A DNA stretch of 64,000 nt from SAR86 cluster bacterium. Lineage in GTDB: Bacteria > Pseudomonadota > Gammaproteobacteria > Magnimaribacterales > D2472. Under the pieces are notes generated by a model, which saw only the letters and a list, made by a program, of their open reading frames with translations, did no database searches and was not told the origin of the DNA. Where the stretch lies: positions 276,813 to 340,812 of the forward strand of contig CP097973.1 in assembly GCA_023703655.1 (NCBI GenBank), written 5' to 3'. The translations under genes and the position numbers were made by a program. Shown here piece after piece: positions 27,145 through 36,223 of this stretch. Positions within the stretch are counted from its first letter, which is position 1. The number at the start of each line of letters is the position of its first letter.

Positions 27145-28108
27145 AGCCAGTCTTAATTTCAATTGTTTTGAAGTTACCAGTTTTATCAATTATTACCAGC
27201 TCAATCAAATTTCCAGGGAATGCATTTTGAAGGGTTTGATTTAAATTATCCCAGGTTGCATTTTTTGAATTAATCTTGAAGATACAATCTGAGTTTTTTA
27301 CATCCAAATTATCTTTGAGAGGCCCACTCGCAAGATCAATTATTTCAAGACATGGACTTATATTAGAATTAATAAAAACCTTTCTTTGAATTACTTTAAA
27401 GTTTCCAATCCAGGCTTTTTTAGCGGAGCCAAACTTAATAATCTGTGATGAGATCTTTGTTATTGTATCAATGGGCAACGCAAAGCTTATGCCAGAAAAA
27501 GTACCATCTACTGAATAGATTTTTGAAATCATGCCAACAAGTTCTCCTGAAGTATTAATTAGCGCACCTCCTGAATTCCCCGGATTAACTGCAGCATCTG
27601 TTTGAATTAAGTCTAGGTAAGGATTTCCAATATCACTCCTGTTTCCACTAATAATTCCTTCAGTAACAGTTATTCCAAGACCATATGGATTGCCGACAGC
27701 AAATACTTTACTTCCTACCTCAATACTATCATTGCCAAATTTTGCAGGCCTTATGTCTGAAAATTCTTTGAGTTTCATAATTACAATATCTGATCTATTA
27801 TCAAAGCCAACAACTATTGCCTCAAAGATTTCATTATTAAAATTTTCTACAAAAATCTGTTTTTGGTTTTTTATAACATGTAAATTTGAAATAATGTATC
27901 CATCTTTTGAGATCACAACTCCTGAGCCAAGATCTACTAATGTTTTCTGATCACTATCAGTTGAACCTTTTATAAGAACAACACTTTTAATTGCTGATTG
28001 AATTAACGAATTGTTGTCTTTGGCGTTAAAATTATGAAATAAAATTAGTACTAAAAACATCACAAGAAATGTGATGATTAAATTTATTAAATTAGCTTTT
28101 GAAAACAT
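27137..28108 (-). CDS. degS: DegS-like membrane-anchored serine endoprotease (trypsin domain + PDZ)
   Basis: N-terminal TM anchor, catalytic triad contexts SNLHVI, SDIVIMKL and GNSGGAL, short C-terminal PDZ. Confidence 0.8.
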   Translation of the reverse strand: MFSKANLINLIITFLVMFLVLILFHNFNAKDNNSLIQSAIKSVVLIKGSTDSDQKTLVDLGSGVVISKDGYIISNLHVIKNQKQIFVENFNNEIFEAIVVGFDNRSDIVIMKLKEFSDIRPAKFGNDSIEVGSKVFAVGNPYGLGITVTEGIISGNRSDIGNPYLDLIQTDAAVNPGNSGGALINTSGELVGMISKIYSVDGTFSGISFALPIDTITKISSQIIKFGSAKKAWIGNFKVIQRKVFINSNISPCLEIIDLASGPLKDNLDVKNSDCIFKINSKNATWDNLNQTLQNAFPGNLIELVIIDKTGNFKTIEIKTGSI

Positions 28109-29150
28109 GGACTATCAATTAAAGTTAAATCAAATTTTAGATGAATTTAAGAAAAAAGACATTTCTTTAGATTCATATCAAAAAGATATAACTGAGAAAA
28201 TATTGCTTCTTGCAATCAAAATAAAAGATGAAACTCCATTTAAGATTTTTACAAAAGCAGAATATGGTTTATATCTGCATGGAAGTGTTGGAAGAGGAAA
28301 GACCCTTATTACAAGAACCATTCTCGATCATGTTTTCAAAAATTACCTTTACTTTCACTATGCAGACTTTTTAAAGCATATCCGAAGTGAGCTTGAGGAT
28401 TTGAAATCTGACAAAAACCCACTAAAAAAAATAGTTTCAAACTTGCACAACACCAAAAGAGTTATTTTTATTGATGAATTTCAAGTTGAAGATATTGCAG
28501 ATGCAATGATATTGAGTGATGTTATACCTAGCTTGATAAAGAAAAGATCAAAGATTTTTTTAACATCAAACTTTTCTATCAATGGACTATATCCTAATGG
28601 TCTACAACGAGATAAATTCATTAATTCTATGTCTGTACTTAGAGATAAATTGAATTACTTTCAACTCAAAGGAGACCTAGACTATAGACTCAGAAACATA
28701 ATCAATCAACATTCGAAGGAATCCTCAATGATTGAGATTCAATCATTTATTGAAAGTTTATTCATTACAGATGCTAAACAAAATAATGAATTTTATGTAA
28801 ATGATAGAAGATTCCCATGCCTTTCCTATGGTAATGAGTTTTTATGGTTATCTTACATTGATTTTTTTAAGGTTCCCGTTGGTTATGAGGACTTTAAAAC
28901 CATATTTGATGAATACAAGTGGTTGTTTATTAGTGAATTTCAACAATTAAATGATGACAATGCAGATCTTGTTAGAAGATTTATTACATTTATAGATCTG
29001 GCGTATATTCAAAAAATGAATATAAAATTGTTTTTGAAATATGAAGAAATAGATAATTTATATCAAGGCAACTTATTGAAAGATTTATGGGTTAGAACTT
29101 CTAGCAGATTAATTGAAATGTCCTCTGCTAACTATTTAACAACAAATTAA
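28107..29150 (+). CDS. zapE: cell-division AFG1-like ATPase ZapE
   Basis: Walker A GSVGRGKT, Walker B VIFIDEFQV, adjacent to rplM-rpsI as E. coli zapE (yhcM) is. I prefer ATG 28107 (MDYQLK...) to the track's 28071. Confidence 0.8.
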   Translation: MDYQLKLNQILDEFKKKDISLDSYQKDITEKILLLAIKIKDETPFKIFTKAEYGLYLHGSVGRGKTLITRTILDHVFKNYLYFHYADFLKHIRSELEDLKSDKNPLKKIVSNLHNTKRVIFIDEFQVEDIADAMILSDVIPSLIKKRSKIFLTSNFSINGLYPNGLQRDKFINSMSVLRDKLNYFQLKGDLDYRLRNIINQHSKESSMIEIQSFIESLFITDAKQNNEFYVNDRRFPCLSYGNEFLWLSYIDFFKVPVGYEDFKTIFDEYKWLFISEFQQLNDDNADLVRRFITFIDLAYIQKMNIKLFLKYEEIDNLYQGNLLKDLWVRTSSRLIEMSSANYLTTN

Positions 29151-29201
29151 TAAATATATTGATTTAAATCTGTTAACTCTTTAATATGCTCGATATTTAA
29201 A

Positions 29202-29636
29202 ATGAATACTAAATCTATAAGAAAAGAAGATGTAGAACATTCTTGGTATTTGCTTGATGCAGAAGACCAAATACTTGGTAGATTTGCCACAGTTGTTGCA
29301 AACAAGTTAAGGGGCAAGGATAAACCAACTTTTACTCCTCATGTTGATAATGGTGATTTCATTGTTGTGGTGAATGCAGCTAAGATAAAAGTTACTGGTA
29401 ATAAATTTGAACAAAAGAAATATTATCATCACTCTCTTTACCCTGGAGGCTTAAAGACTTCTTCATTCAAAGAGAAAATTAACAAAGATCCACAAAGTAT
29501 TATTTTAAAGGCAGTAAAAGGCATGTTGCCAAAAAATAAATTGTCCAACCAAATTTTAAAAAAACTCAAAGTTTACTCAGGTGAATCCCACCCTCATGAG
29601 GCTCAAAACCCAATACAAATTAATTTAAGCAAATAA
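29202..29636 (+). CDS. rplM: 50S ribosomal protein L13
   Basis: [16 protein letters not shown] and full-length L13 similarity. Confidence 0.96.
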   Translation: MNTKSIRKEDVEHSWYLLDAEDQILGRFATVVANKLRGKDKPTFTPHVDNGDFIVVVNAAKIKVTGNKFEQKKYYHHSLYPGGLKTSSFKEKINKDPQSIILKAVKGMLPKNKLSNQILKKLKVYSGESHPHEAQNPIQINLSK

Positions 29637-30025
29637 TGTCTGATACTCATTACGCTACAGGTAGAAGAAAAACCTCAACTGCAAGAGTTTACCTCTCCAA
29701 AGGAAAGGGGAAAATTATAGTAAACGATAAACCATTAAATGAATATTTTGGAAGAGAAGTTGCACAAATGTTAGTTATGCAGCCTTTAAATTTAGTGGAA
29801 CTTTTAGAAAAAATAGATATTAGAGCAATGGTAAATGGCGGGGGGAGTTTTGGGCAAGCTGGTGCAATTCGTCATGGCATTTCAAGAGCACTCGTTGAAT
29901 ATGATAATGAGTTAAGACCACAACTTAAAAAGGCAGGTTATTTAACAAGAGATCCCCGTAAAGTTGAGAGAAAGAAATTCGGTTTAAAGAAAGCAAGAAA
30001 AAGCTCACAATACTCAAAGCGTTAA
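29636..30025 (+). CDS. rpsI: 30S ribosomal protein S9
   Basis: [12 protein letters not shown] and the C-terminal [12 protein letters not shown]. Confidence 0.96.
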   Translation: MSDTHYATGRRKTSTARVYLSKGKGKIIVNDKPLNEYFGREVAQMLVMQPLNLVELLEKIDIRAMVNGGGSFGQAGAIRHGISRALVEYDNELRPQLKKAGYLTRDPRKVERKKFGLKKARKSSQYSKR

Positions 30026-30067
30026 TGGTTTATATTTATTTTTTATAATATAATATAAGTCATAATA

Positions 30068-30649
30068 ATGGAACAAAACCCTGATAAAACTCGCCGTAAA
30101 GTGCTTATAAGCATGACAGCCTCTGTTGGTGCTGTTGGTGCAGCTTTTGCGGTTACTCCATTTATTGCATCTTGGAATCCAAGTGCTAAAGCCAAAGCAA
30201 TGGGTGCTCCAGTAAAAGTCGATATTTCAAGAATTGAAGTAGGTCAGATTATTCAAGTTGCATGGAGAAAACAACCAGTTTTTGTAGTTAGACATTCCAA
30301 AAATGCTTTAGAGAGTCTTGGGAAAATTGAAAACAAACTAGCAGATCCAAATTCTGTTTCGATAGAAGAGCCTTATAGAGATCTTCATCCAACTCGTTCA
30401 AAGAGTAATGAATACTCTGTTTTAGCTGGAGTTTGTACTCATCTTGGTTGTGCACCAAAATATCATCCTGAAGTTGAACCAAAACCTTGGGATGCAACTT
30501 GGCTTGGTGGATTTTTTTGCCCATGCCATGGATCAATGTTTGATATTGTTGGGAGAGTATTTAAAGGTGTACCAGCTCCTACAAACCTAAAAGTACCCCC
30601 ACATAATTTTCAAGGCAATACATTAACAATTGGCGAGGATAAAACATAA
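30068..30649 (+). CDS. petA: ubiquinol-cytochrome c reductase Rieske iron-sulfur subunit
   Basis: Rieske boxes CTHLGC and CPCHGS, Tat-like N-terminus (TRRKVL). Confidence 0.93.
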   Translation: MEQNPDKTRRKVLISMTASVGAVGAAFAVTPFIASWNPSAKAKAMGAPVKVDISRIEVGQIIQVAWRKQPVFVVRHSKNALESLGKIENKLADPNSVSIEEPYRDLHPTRSKSNEYSVLAGVCTHLGCAPKYHPEVEPKPWDATWLGGFFCPCHGSMFDIVGRVFKGVPAPTNLKVPPHNFQGNTLTIGEDKT

Positions 30650-30650
30650 C

Positions 30651-31856
30651 ATGGATACTATTTATAAATGGTTTAACGAGAGACTACCTATTTCAAATAC
30701 CTTTGAAAGACATCTATCAAAGCATCCTGTCCCTAAAAAAGTTAATTTTTGGTATTTATTTGGTGCATTGGCGTCAGTTGTGCTGATTGTTCAAATCCTC
30801 TCAGGAATCTGGTTAATGTTCGGTTATGAAAACAGTGAGGAGGGTGCATTTGCTTCTGTTGAGTACATTATGAGGGACATAGACTATGGCTGGCTTATAA
30901 GATACATGCATACAACAGGAGCATCGATGTTTTTTGCTGTTGTTTATCTACACATGTTTAGAGGATTACTTTATGGTTCATACAAGAAGCCACGAGAGCT
31001 TGTATGGATATTTGGGATGAGCATTTATTTAATTATGATGGCAGAAGGTTTTCTAGGTTATGTTTTACCTTACGGCCAGATGTCTTACTGGGGTGCTCAA
31101 GTTATTATCTCTTTATTTGGCGCCATACCATACATTGGTGAATCTCTTGAAATTTGGATAAGAGGAGACTACTACATATCAGGTTCAACAATCTCAAGAT
31201 TTTTTGCGTTGCATGTTGTTGCCTTACCATTAATGTTAATTGCTCTTGTGTTCATGCACTTAGTTGCATTACATGAAGTAGGAGCTGGCAATCCTGAAGG
31301 CATTGATATTGAAAAACATTTAGATGACGATGGAATACCGCTTGATAGTGTTCCATTTTTTCCATACAAAGTTTTAAATGCACTTGTAGGAATTGGTGTG
31401 TTTGGAACTGTTTTTGCAATATTTATGTTTTTTTTCCCCGAAGGCGGTGGTTATTTCATTGAAGCACCAAACTTTGAGGAAGCAAATCCATTAAGTACAC
31501 CTGAGCATATTGCACCCGTTTGGTACTATTCACCATATTATTCAATGTTGAGAGCTGTACCTGACAAACTTGGTGGTTTTGTGGTTATGGCTGCTGCAGT
31601 CGCAATCTTATTTGTAGTGCCATGGCTTGATAGAAGTAAAGTAAACTCAATAAGATATAAAGGTATTTGGAGCAAGATAGCAATTTTGTTATTTGCGGTT
31701 AGTTTTATCACATTAGGATACTTGGGCACTGTTCCAGTTACAGAGATCAGGACTTTGATGAGTATAATTTGTACGGTTATTTACTTTTCTTTTTTCTTGC
31801 TAATGCCGATTTACACTAGCTTCGAAAAGACTTCTGTTCCACCTGAAAGGCTATAA
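30651..31856 (+). CDS. petB: cytochrome b
   Basis: Cytochrome b N- and C-domains with haem-ligand His contexts. ATG 30651 (MDTIYKWF) sits 1 nt after the petA stop, so I prefer it to the track's TTG 30630. Confidence 0.93.
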   Translation: MDTIYKWFNERLPISNTFERHLSKHPVPKKVNFWYLFGALASVVLIVQILSGIWLMFGYENSEEGAFASVEYIMRDIDYGWLIRYMHTTGASMFFAVVYLHMFRGLLYGSYKKPRELVWIFGMSIYLIMMAEGFLGYVLPYGQMSYWGAQVIISLFGAIPYIGESLEIWIRGDYYISGSTISRFFALHVVALPLMLIALVFMHLVALHEVGAGNPEGIDIEKHLDDDGIPLDSVPFFPYKVLNALVGIGVFGTVFAIFMFFFPEGGGYFIEAPNFEEANPLSTPEHIAPVWYYSPYYSMLRAVPDKLGGFVVMAAAVAILFVVPWLDRSKVNSIRYKGIWSKIAILLFAVSFITLGYLGTVPVTEIRTLMSIICTVIYFSFFLLMPIYTSFEKTSVPPERL

Positions 31857-32650
31857 TGAAGCATATCACATCTCTTTTTTTTGTAATATTTGCAGCATAC
31901 ATGTTTTCGGCTGGTGATGGTGCACCATGTGGTGATTATGGTGAATGCGACACTTTTGAACCAGACCTTTGGAACAATGAATCTCTTCAAAAAGGTTTTT
32001 CAACTTATATCAATTATTGTTATGGTTGCCATTCTCTAAAATATTCAAGATGGAATCGAATTGCAACTGATTTGGATATACCAGAAGATTTAATGTTTAA
32101 GTATTTAATTTTTGATTCAGAAGTGAAATCAGGCGATTTAATGACAGGTTCTATGATCAAGTTTAATGCTGAGCAATGGTTTGGAGTTGCGCCCCCAGAT
32201 TTGACGCTTGTTACAAGAGCTCATAGTCCTGAATGGGTATACACCTATTTGCGTACTTTTTATGAAGATGGATCAAAACAATATGGCGTTAATAATCTAG
32301 TTTATCCTGGTGCTGCAATGCCCAATGTACTCTTATCACTTCAAGGCCAGCAAATACTTGGATGCAAAGATATGTTGACATACGCATCTAATGGAGGTGT
32401 AAAAAGAGATGAAACAGGAAATAATATTACTGAAGAGAGATGTGGCTATCTCTTGTCATTGAACAATGGTCAATTAAGTACAGAAGAGTTTGATCAACTA
32501 ATTTATGATCTAACAAACTTTCTAACCTATGTAGGTGAGCCAGCAAAAAGGGTTAGAGAAAGGATGGGTTGGTATGTTATATTCTTCTTTATAATATTTA
32601 CAGCATTAGCTCATTTACTCTATAGAGAATATCAAAAAGACTACCATTAA
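31856..32650 (+). CDS. petC: cytochrome c1
   Basis: Haem motif CYGCHS and a C-terminal TM anchor. Third gene of the bc1 operon. Confidence 0.9.
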   Translation: MKHITSLFFVIFAAYMFSAGDGAPCGDYGECDTFEPDLWNNESLQKGFSTYINYCYGCHSLKYSRWNRIATDLDIPEDLMFKYLIFDSEVKSGDLMTGSMIKFNAEQWFGVAPPDLTLVTRAHSPEWVYTYLRTFYEDGSKQYGVNNLVYPGAAMPNVLLSLQGQQILGCKDMLTYASNGGVKRDETGNNITEERCGYLLSLNNGQLSTEEFDQLIYDLTNFLTYVGEPAKRVRERMGWYVIFFFIIFTALAHLLYREYQKDYH

Positions 32651-32661
32651 TTTTAAGTAAT

Positions 32662-33270
32662 ATGATTTTATACTCTGACAAAGACGATCACTATAGTCAT
32701 AGGGTAAGAATTGTTCTTGCTGAGAAAGACATAGCCTGTGAAATTAGAGAAACATCTAATGATGAAGCACCTGAAGAAGTATTATCAATTAATCCATATC
32801 ACAGTCTTCCTATTCTCATCGATAGAGATCTTGGTTTATATAACACATCAGTGATGATGGAATATTTAGATGAAAGATTTCCTCACCCGCCATTACTTCC
32901 AGTATATCCAGTTACTAGGGCAAATAGCAGATCATTAATGTTAAGGATCAATAGAGAGGTTTGCCCGTTATTAGATAAAGTTATTGCAGGTATGGGCAAT
33001 GCTAAAAAAATAAAAGAGAATAAAGAAAATTTACTACATGAAATTTCGTCATTAGCACCAACTTTCAAGGAGTATCCATTTTTTATGAATGATGAATTCT
33101 CATTGACTGATTGTTATTTGGCCCCGATTCTTTGGAGACTTCCATCACTAGGCATTAATCTACCACTGACTAAAAATATCAAACCATTGTTGGACTATCA
33201 AGAAAAAATTTTCGATAGACCAGGTTTTCAAGACAGTCTTTCCCTAATAGAGAGAGATCTTCGTGATTAG
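32662..33270 (+). CDS. sspA: stringent starvation protein A (GST-like)
   Basis: YSHRVRIVLAEK and MEYLDERFPHPPLLPVYPV are near-identical to E. coli SspA. Confidence 0.93.
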   Translation: MILYSDKDDHYSHRVRIVLAEKDIACEIRETSNDEAPEEVLSINPYHSLPILIDRDLGLYNTSVMMEYLDERFPHPPLLPVYPVTRANSRSLMLRINREVCPLLDKVIAGMGNAKKIKENKENLLHEISSLAPTFKEYPFFMNDEFSLTDCYLAPILWRLPSLGINLPLTKNIKPLLDYQEKIFDRPGFQDSLSLIERDLRD

Positions 33271-33362
33271 CTAATCTACTTGATAATAACTTTTCTTCCA
33301 GAACGTCAGCTCTTCACTAATAAAATAATTTAAAATTAAGTTAACTATTTATTTTTGCAAGT

Positions 33363-34202
33363 ATGCTATCGATTATTTCTTCTCCAATTGGAAACTTAAA
33401 AGACATATCTTATAGATCAATTGAAGCACTTAAATGTGCATCTATTGTTTATTGTGAAGATACAAGAGTCACAAAAAAATTATTAAATCATTACTCAATC
33501 AAAGATAAACTGCTACTTCCATATAATGACCATAATGAAAAAAAAGTACTTAAAGAAATAATAGAAAAACTTGAGCATGATGAAAATATAATTTTAATAT
33601 CAGATGCTGGGACACCACTAATATCAGACCCAGGCTTTCCACTCATAAGAGAATGTATCAAAAGAGATATTGATTTTATTGTTTTGCCTGGCCCAACGGC
33701 AATAATTCCATCACTAATCTACTCAGGATTTCCAATTGATAAATTCAGCTTTTATGGCTTCATTCCAAGATCAATAAATAAGCAACAAGAGCTTGCCAAA
33801 ACTATAATTACAAGCAAGAGTCCTATAGTTTGTTTTGAAAATATAAAACGGCTACAAAAAACATTAAACAACATGAATGAAGTGTTTGATAAGAACATTC
33901 AGGTTGTGATATGTAGAGAAATTACAAAAAAATTTGAAAAAATCTACAGAGGAGATGTATCTTCAATTATTAATCGGATTGAAAACAATACTCTGAAGAT
34001 AAAAGGAGAAATCGTAATAGTTTTTTATGCAAAAAACGCAATTGCTGTAAAAGATAATGAAAAACTAATCAATGAAATTGGAGAAAATTTTTTAAAATAT
34101 CTCTCTAAAAGAGATGCATCAAAGCTAATCTCGGAACTTTATGATATTGACAGATCTGAAACATACAAATTTTTGGTAGATATATCTAAAAAACACATTT
34201 GA
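33363..34202 (+). CDS. rsmI: 16S rRNA (cytidine1402-2'-O)-methyltransferase RsmI
   Basis: Tetrapyrrole-methylase-fold motifs (CEDTR, SDAGTPLISDPG). Confidence 0.88.
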   Translation: MLSIISSPIGNLKDISYRSIEALKCASIVYCEDTRVTKKLLNHYSIKDKLLLPYNDHNEKKVLKEIIEKLEHDENIILISDAGTPLISDPGFPLIRECIKRDIDFIVLPGPTAIIPSLIYSGFPIDKFSFYGFIPRSINKQQELAKTIITSKSPIVCFENIKRLQKTLNNMNEVFDKNIQVVICREITKKFEKIYRGDVSSIINRIENNTLKIKGEIVIVFYAKNAIAVKDNEKLINEIGENFLKYLSKRDASKLISELYDIDRSETYKFLVDISKKHI

Positions 34203-34217
34203 TATTAAAATATCTCC

Positions 34218-34540
34218 GAGTTGGTCGGATGATCGCTGAATTTTCAGAGGAAAGTCCGGACTTCATAGAGCAAGACGCCAGGTAACGCCTGGGGGGCGTG
34301 AGCCCACGGATAGTGCAACAGAAAATATACCGCCTTATAAGGTAAGGTTGAAAAGGTGAGGTAAGAGCTCACCGCTAAAATGGTAACATTTTAGGCAGTG
34401 TAAACCCCGTCTGAAGCAAAACCAAATAGGAGTCTTTTGAGTTGCTCGCTTTAGACTCGGGTAGGTTGCTAGAATATTGTGGTGACACAATATCAAGATA
34501 GATGATCATCAATACAGAATCCGGCTTATAGACCAACTCA
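34218..34540 (+). ncRNA. rnpB: RNase P RNA, bacterial type A
   Basis: P1 pairing of GAGTTGGTC (34218-) with GACCAACTC (-34539). Universal GAGGAAAGTCCGG, the GGTAACGCCTGGG loop, AGCAAAACC..ATAGG, and ACAGAATCCGGCTTATAG near the 3' end. As I recall, rnpB sits between rsmI and mraZ in Pseudomonas too. Confidence 0.92.
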
Positions 34541-34566
34541 ACTAACACTAATTTTTTTTTGATAAA

Positions 34567-34605
34567 AAGTGTGTAAAAGTGTGCAAAAAATGTTATAAAG
34601 TGTGT
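34567..34605 (+). promoter_or_regulatory. putative MraZ operator: four direct AAAGTGTG-type repeats at 10-11 bp spacing
   Basis: AAGTGTGT (34567), AAGTGTGC (34577), AAATGTTA (34587-34588) and AAGTGTGT (34598). GTGTG cores lie at 34569, 34579, 34590 (ATGTT) and 34600. The array ends about 20 nt upstream of the mraZ ATG. It matches the published AAAGTG[T/G] and TGGGN direct-repeat logic of MraZ boxes. Confidence 0.6.
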
Positions 34606-34625
34606 AATTAGACATTTTTTTTAAC

Positions 34626-35093
34626 ATGTACGGATACAATTTAGTTGCAATTGACACAAAGGGGAGAATCTCTTTACCATCAAAATATAGAGAAAGCCTC
34701 AAAGATTTTGAAGCTTCAAAAATAATTATTACAAGAGACCCTCAATATCCTTCCTTAAAGCTTTATCCAAAAAAAACTTGGGATTATATTTCATCAAACC
34801 TTATTTCTTTACAGACACTTGATCCAATTGTAAGAAAGTTGCAATGGACCATATTGGGAAATGCTTCTGTAATTAATTTTGATCTTAATAATCGTATGAA
34901 TGCTCTCATTTCATCTGACTTACGTGAATATGCGGAATTAAACAACGAAAAAAAAGTTGTCTTAATTGGTATGGGAGATAAATTTGAAATTTGGAATAGC
35001 GAGAATTGGGATGCAAGGCAAACATCAAGCGCATTATCTTCAGAAATTTTAGAAATAGTTTTACCAGACAGTGTTAAAAATCTTTCATTTTAA
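34626..35093 (+). CDS. mraZ: division/cell-wall cluster transcriptional regulator MraZ
   Basis: Duplicated SpoVT-AbrB halves (DTKGRISLPSKYR in the first). First gene of the dcw cluster. Confidence 0.9.
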   Translation: MYGYNLVAIDTKGRISLPSKYRESLKDFEASKIIITRDPQYPSLKLYPKKTWDYISSNLISLQTLDPIVRKLQWTILGNASVINFDLNNRMNALISSDLREYAELNNEKKVVLIGMGDKFEIWNSENWDARQTSSALSSEILEIVLPDSVKNLSF

Positions 35094-35104
35094 AAGGGGA
35101 AAAT

Positions 35105-36220
35105 ATGAATTGGGAAATAATTGATGACAATACACAGCAAGCCAAAATCAAAGTAATTGGAGTTGGGGGTGCTGGGGGCAATGCTGTGATTCATATGATG
35201 AATCATAATATTGAAGGTGTAGAGTTTATTTGCGCGAATACAGATTCTCAGGCGCTATCAAATGCAAAAGGCGCAACAATTTTAAAACTTGGTATTACAA
35301 ATGGTCTCGGAGCGGGGGCTAATCCAGAGATTGGTAGACAAGCAGCTGAGAGAGATCGTGAATCAATAACAGAACTGCTTCAAGGATCAGATATGGTATT
35401 TATCACAGCTGGTATGGGTGGAGGTACAGGTACAGGCGCAGCTCCAATAATTGCATCTATCGCTAAAGAAGTTGGTGCACTGGCTGTGGCAGTAGTGACC
35501 AAACCATTTAAATTAGAGGGCAAAACACGAGAGAAAGCTGCGGAAGGTGGAATAGCAAGCCTTGTTGAAGAGGTAGATAGCCTTATAACAATCCCAAATC
35601 AAAAACTTATGGAAGTATTAGGTTTAAACGTATCAATGGAAGAAGCCTTTGCTAAGGCTGATGATGTCCTAAAGGGAGCAGTTCAAGGAATTTCAGATAT
35701 TATTATGAAGCCCGGATACATAAATGTAGATTTCAATGATGTAAAAACTGTAATGTCTGAAAAAGGTATTGCTATGATGGGTACGGGTATTTCCTCAGGA
35801 AAAGACAGAGGTAGTCTTGCTGCATCTGAAGCAATAGGATCAGAACTACTTGAGGATATTAATCTTCGTGATGCACGTGGCGTACTAGTAAATTTAAGTG
35901 CAAAATCCCCAACTCTTGGAGATATGGATGAGGTCAGTAAAGTAATAGAGGCGATTGTCGCTGAGGATGCACAAGTTATTTATGGCGCAGTTATCGATGA
36001 TAGTTTGAGTGATGATGAATTAACTGTAACAGTCGTTGCTACTGGGGTAAATCAACAGTTACCAAGAGTTGCAGTCGAAAATTCACAATCTACCGTTCAG
36101 CTATCTCCAGTAGGTTTAGATAAAGACCATACTAAGTCAGAAGATAATGTTGGTACATCGTCTGCAGAGGATATGGATATCCTTGATGTACCAACTTTTA
36201 TGAGAAAGCAGGTCGATTAA
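35105..36220 (+). CDS. ftsZ: cell division GTPase FtsZ
   Basis: IKVIGVGGAGGNAV, tubulin signature GGGTGTGAAP, NVDFNDV, C-terminal peptide DILDVPTFMRKQVD. High identity to E. coli FtsZ throughout. SD AAGGGGA lies upstream. Confidence 0.97.
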   Translation: MNWEIIDDNTQQAKIKVIGVGGAGGNAVIHMMNHNIEGVEFICANTDSQALSNAKGATILKLGITNGLGAGANPEIGRQAAERDRESITELLQGSDMVFITAGMGGGTGTGAAPIIASIAKEVGALAVAVVTKPFKLEGKTREKAAEGGIASLVEEVDSLITIPNQKLMEVLGLNVSMEEAFAKADDVLKGAVQGISDIIMKPGYINVDFNDVKTVMSEKGIAMMGTGISSGKDRGSLAASEAIGSELLEDINLRDARGVLVNLSAKSPTLGDMDEVSKVIEAIVAEDAQVIYGAVIDDSLSDDELTVTVVATGVNQQLPRVAVENSQSTVQLSPVGLDKDHTKSEDNVGTSSAEDMDILDVPTFMRKQVD

Positions 36221-36223
36221 TTA

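Noticed and set aside
29159-29187. Sigma-70-like hexamers TTGATT-17 nt-TAATAT upstream of rplM, and similar matches elsewhere
   Set aside because: In a genome this AT-rich such matches arise by chance very often, so I did not report them as features without transcription start data.
30630-30650. Upstream alternative starts offered by the ORF track (petB TTG 30630, pyrG TTG 55163, zapE 28071, rplY TTG 3120, small ORF TTG 353, GH84 GTG 9262)
   Set aside because: In each case a downstream ATG gives an N-terminus that aligns better with homologs, sits right after the upstream stop or an SD, or avoids coding through a hairpin.
33265-33276. Perfect 12-bp palindrome GATTAGCTAATC at the sspA stop
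   Set aside because: A loop-free AT-rich palindrome cannot form a stable terminator hairpin and is probably chance. I saw no remnant of sspB in the 92-nt spacer that follows.
35105-36220. ftsZ as a horizontally acquired or duplicated insert
   Set aside because: The sequence is gamma-type along its full length. Its composition resembles other highly conserved native genes here (mreB, recA). There are no flanking repeats or mobile genes, and the gaps are 11 and 3 nt. Relocation within the chromosome is the simpler reading.
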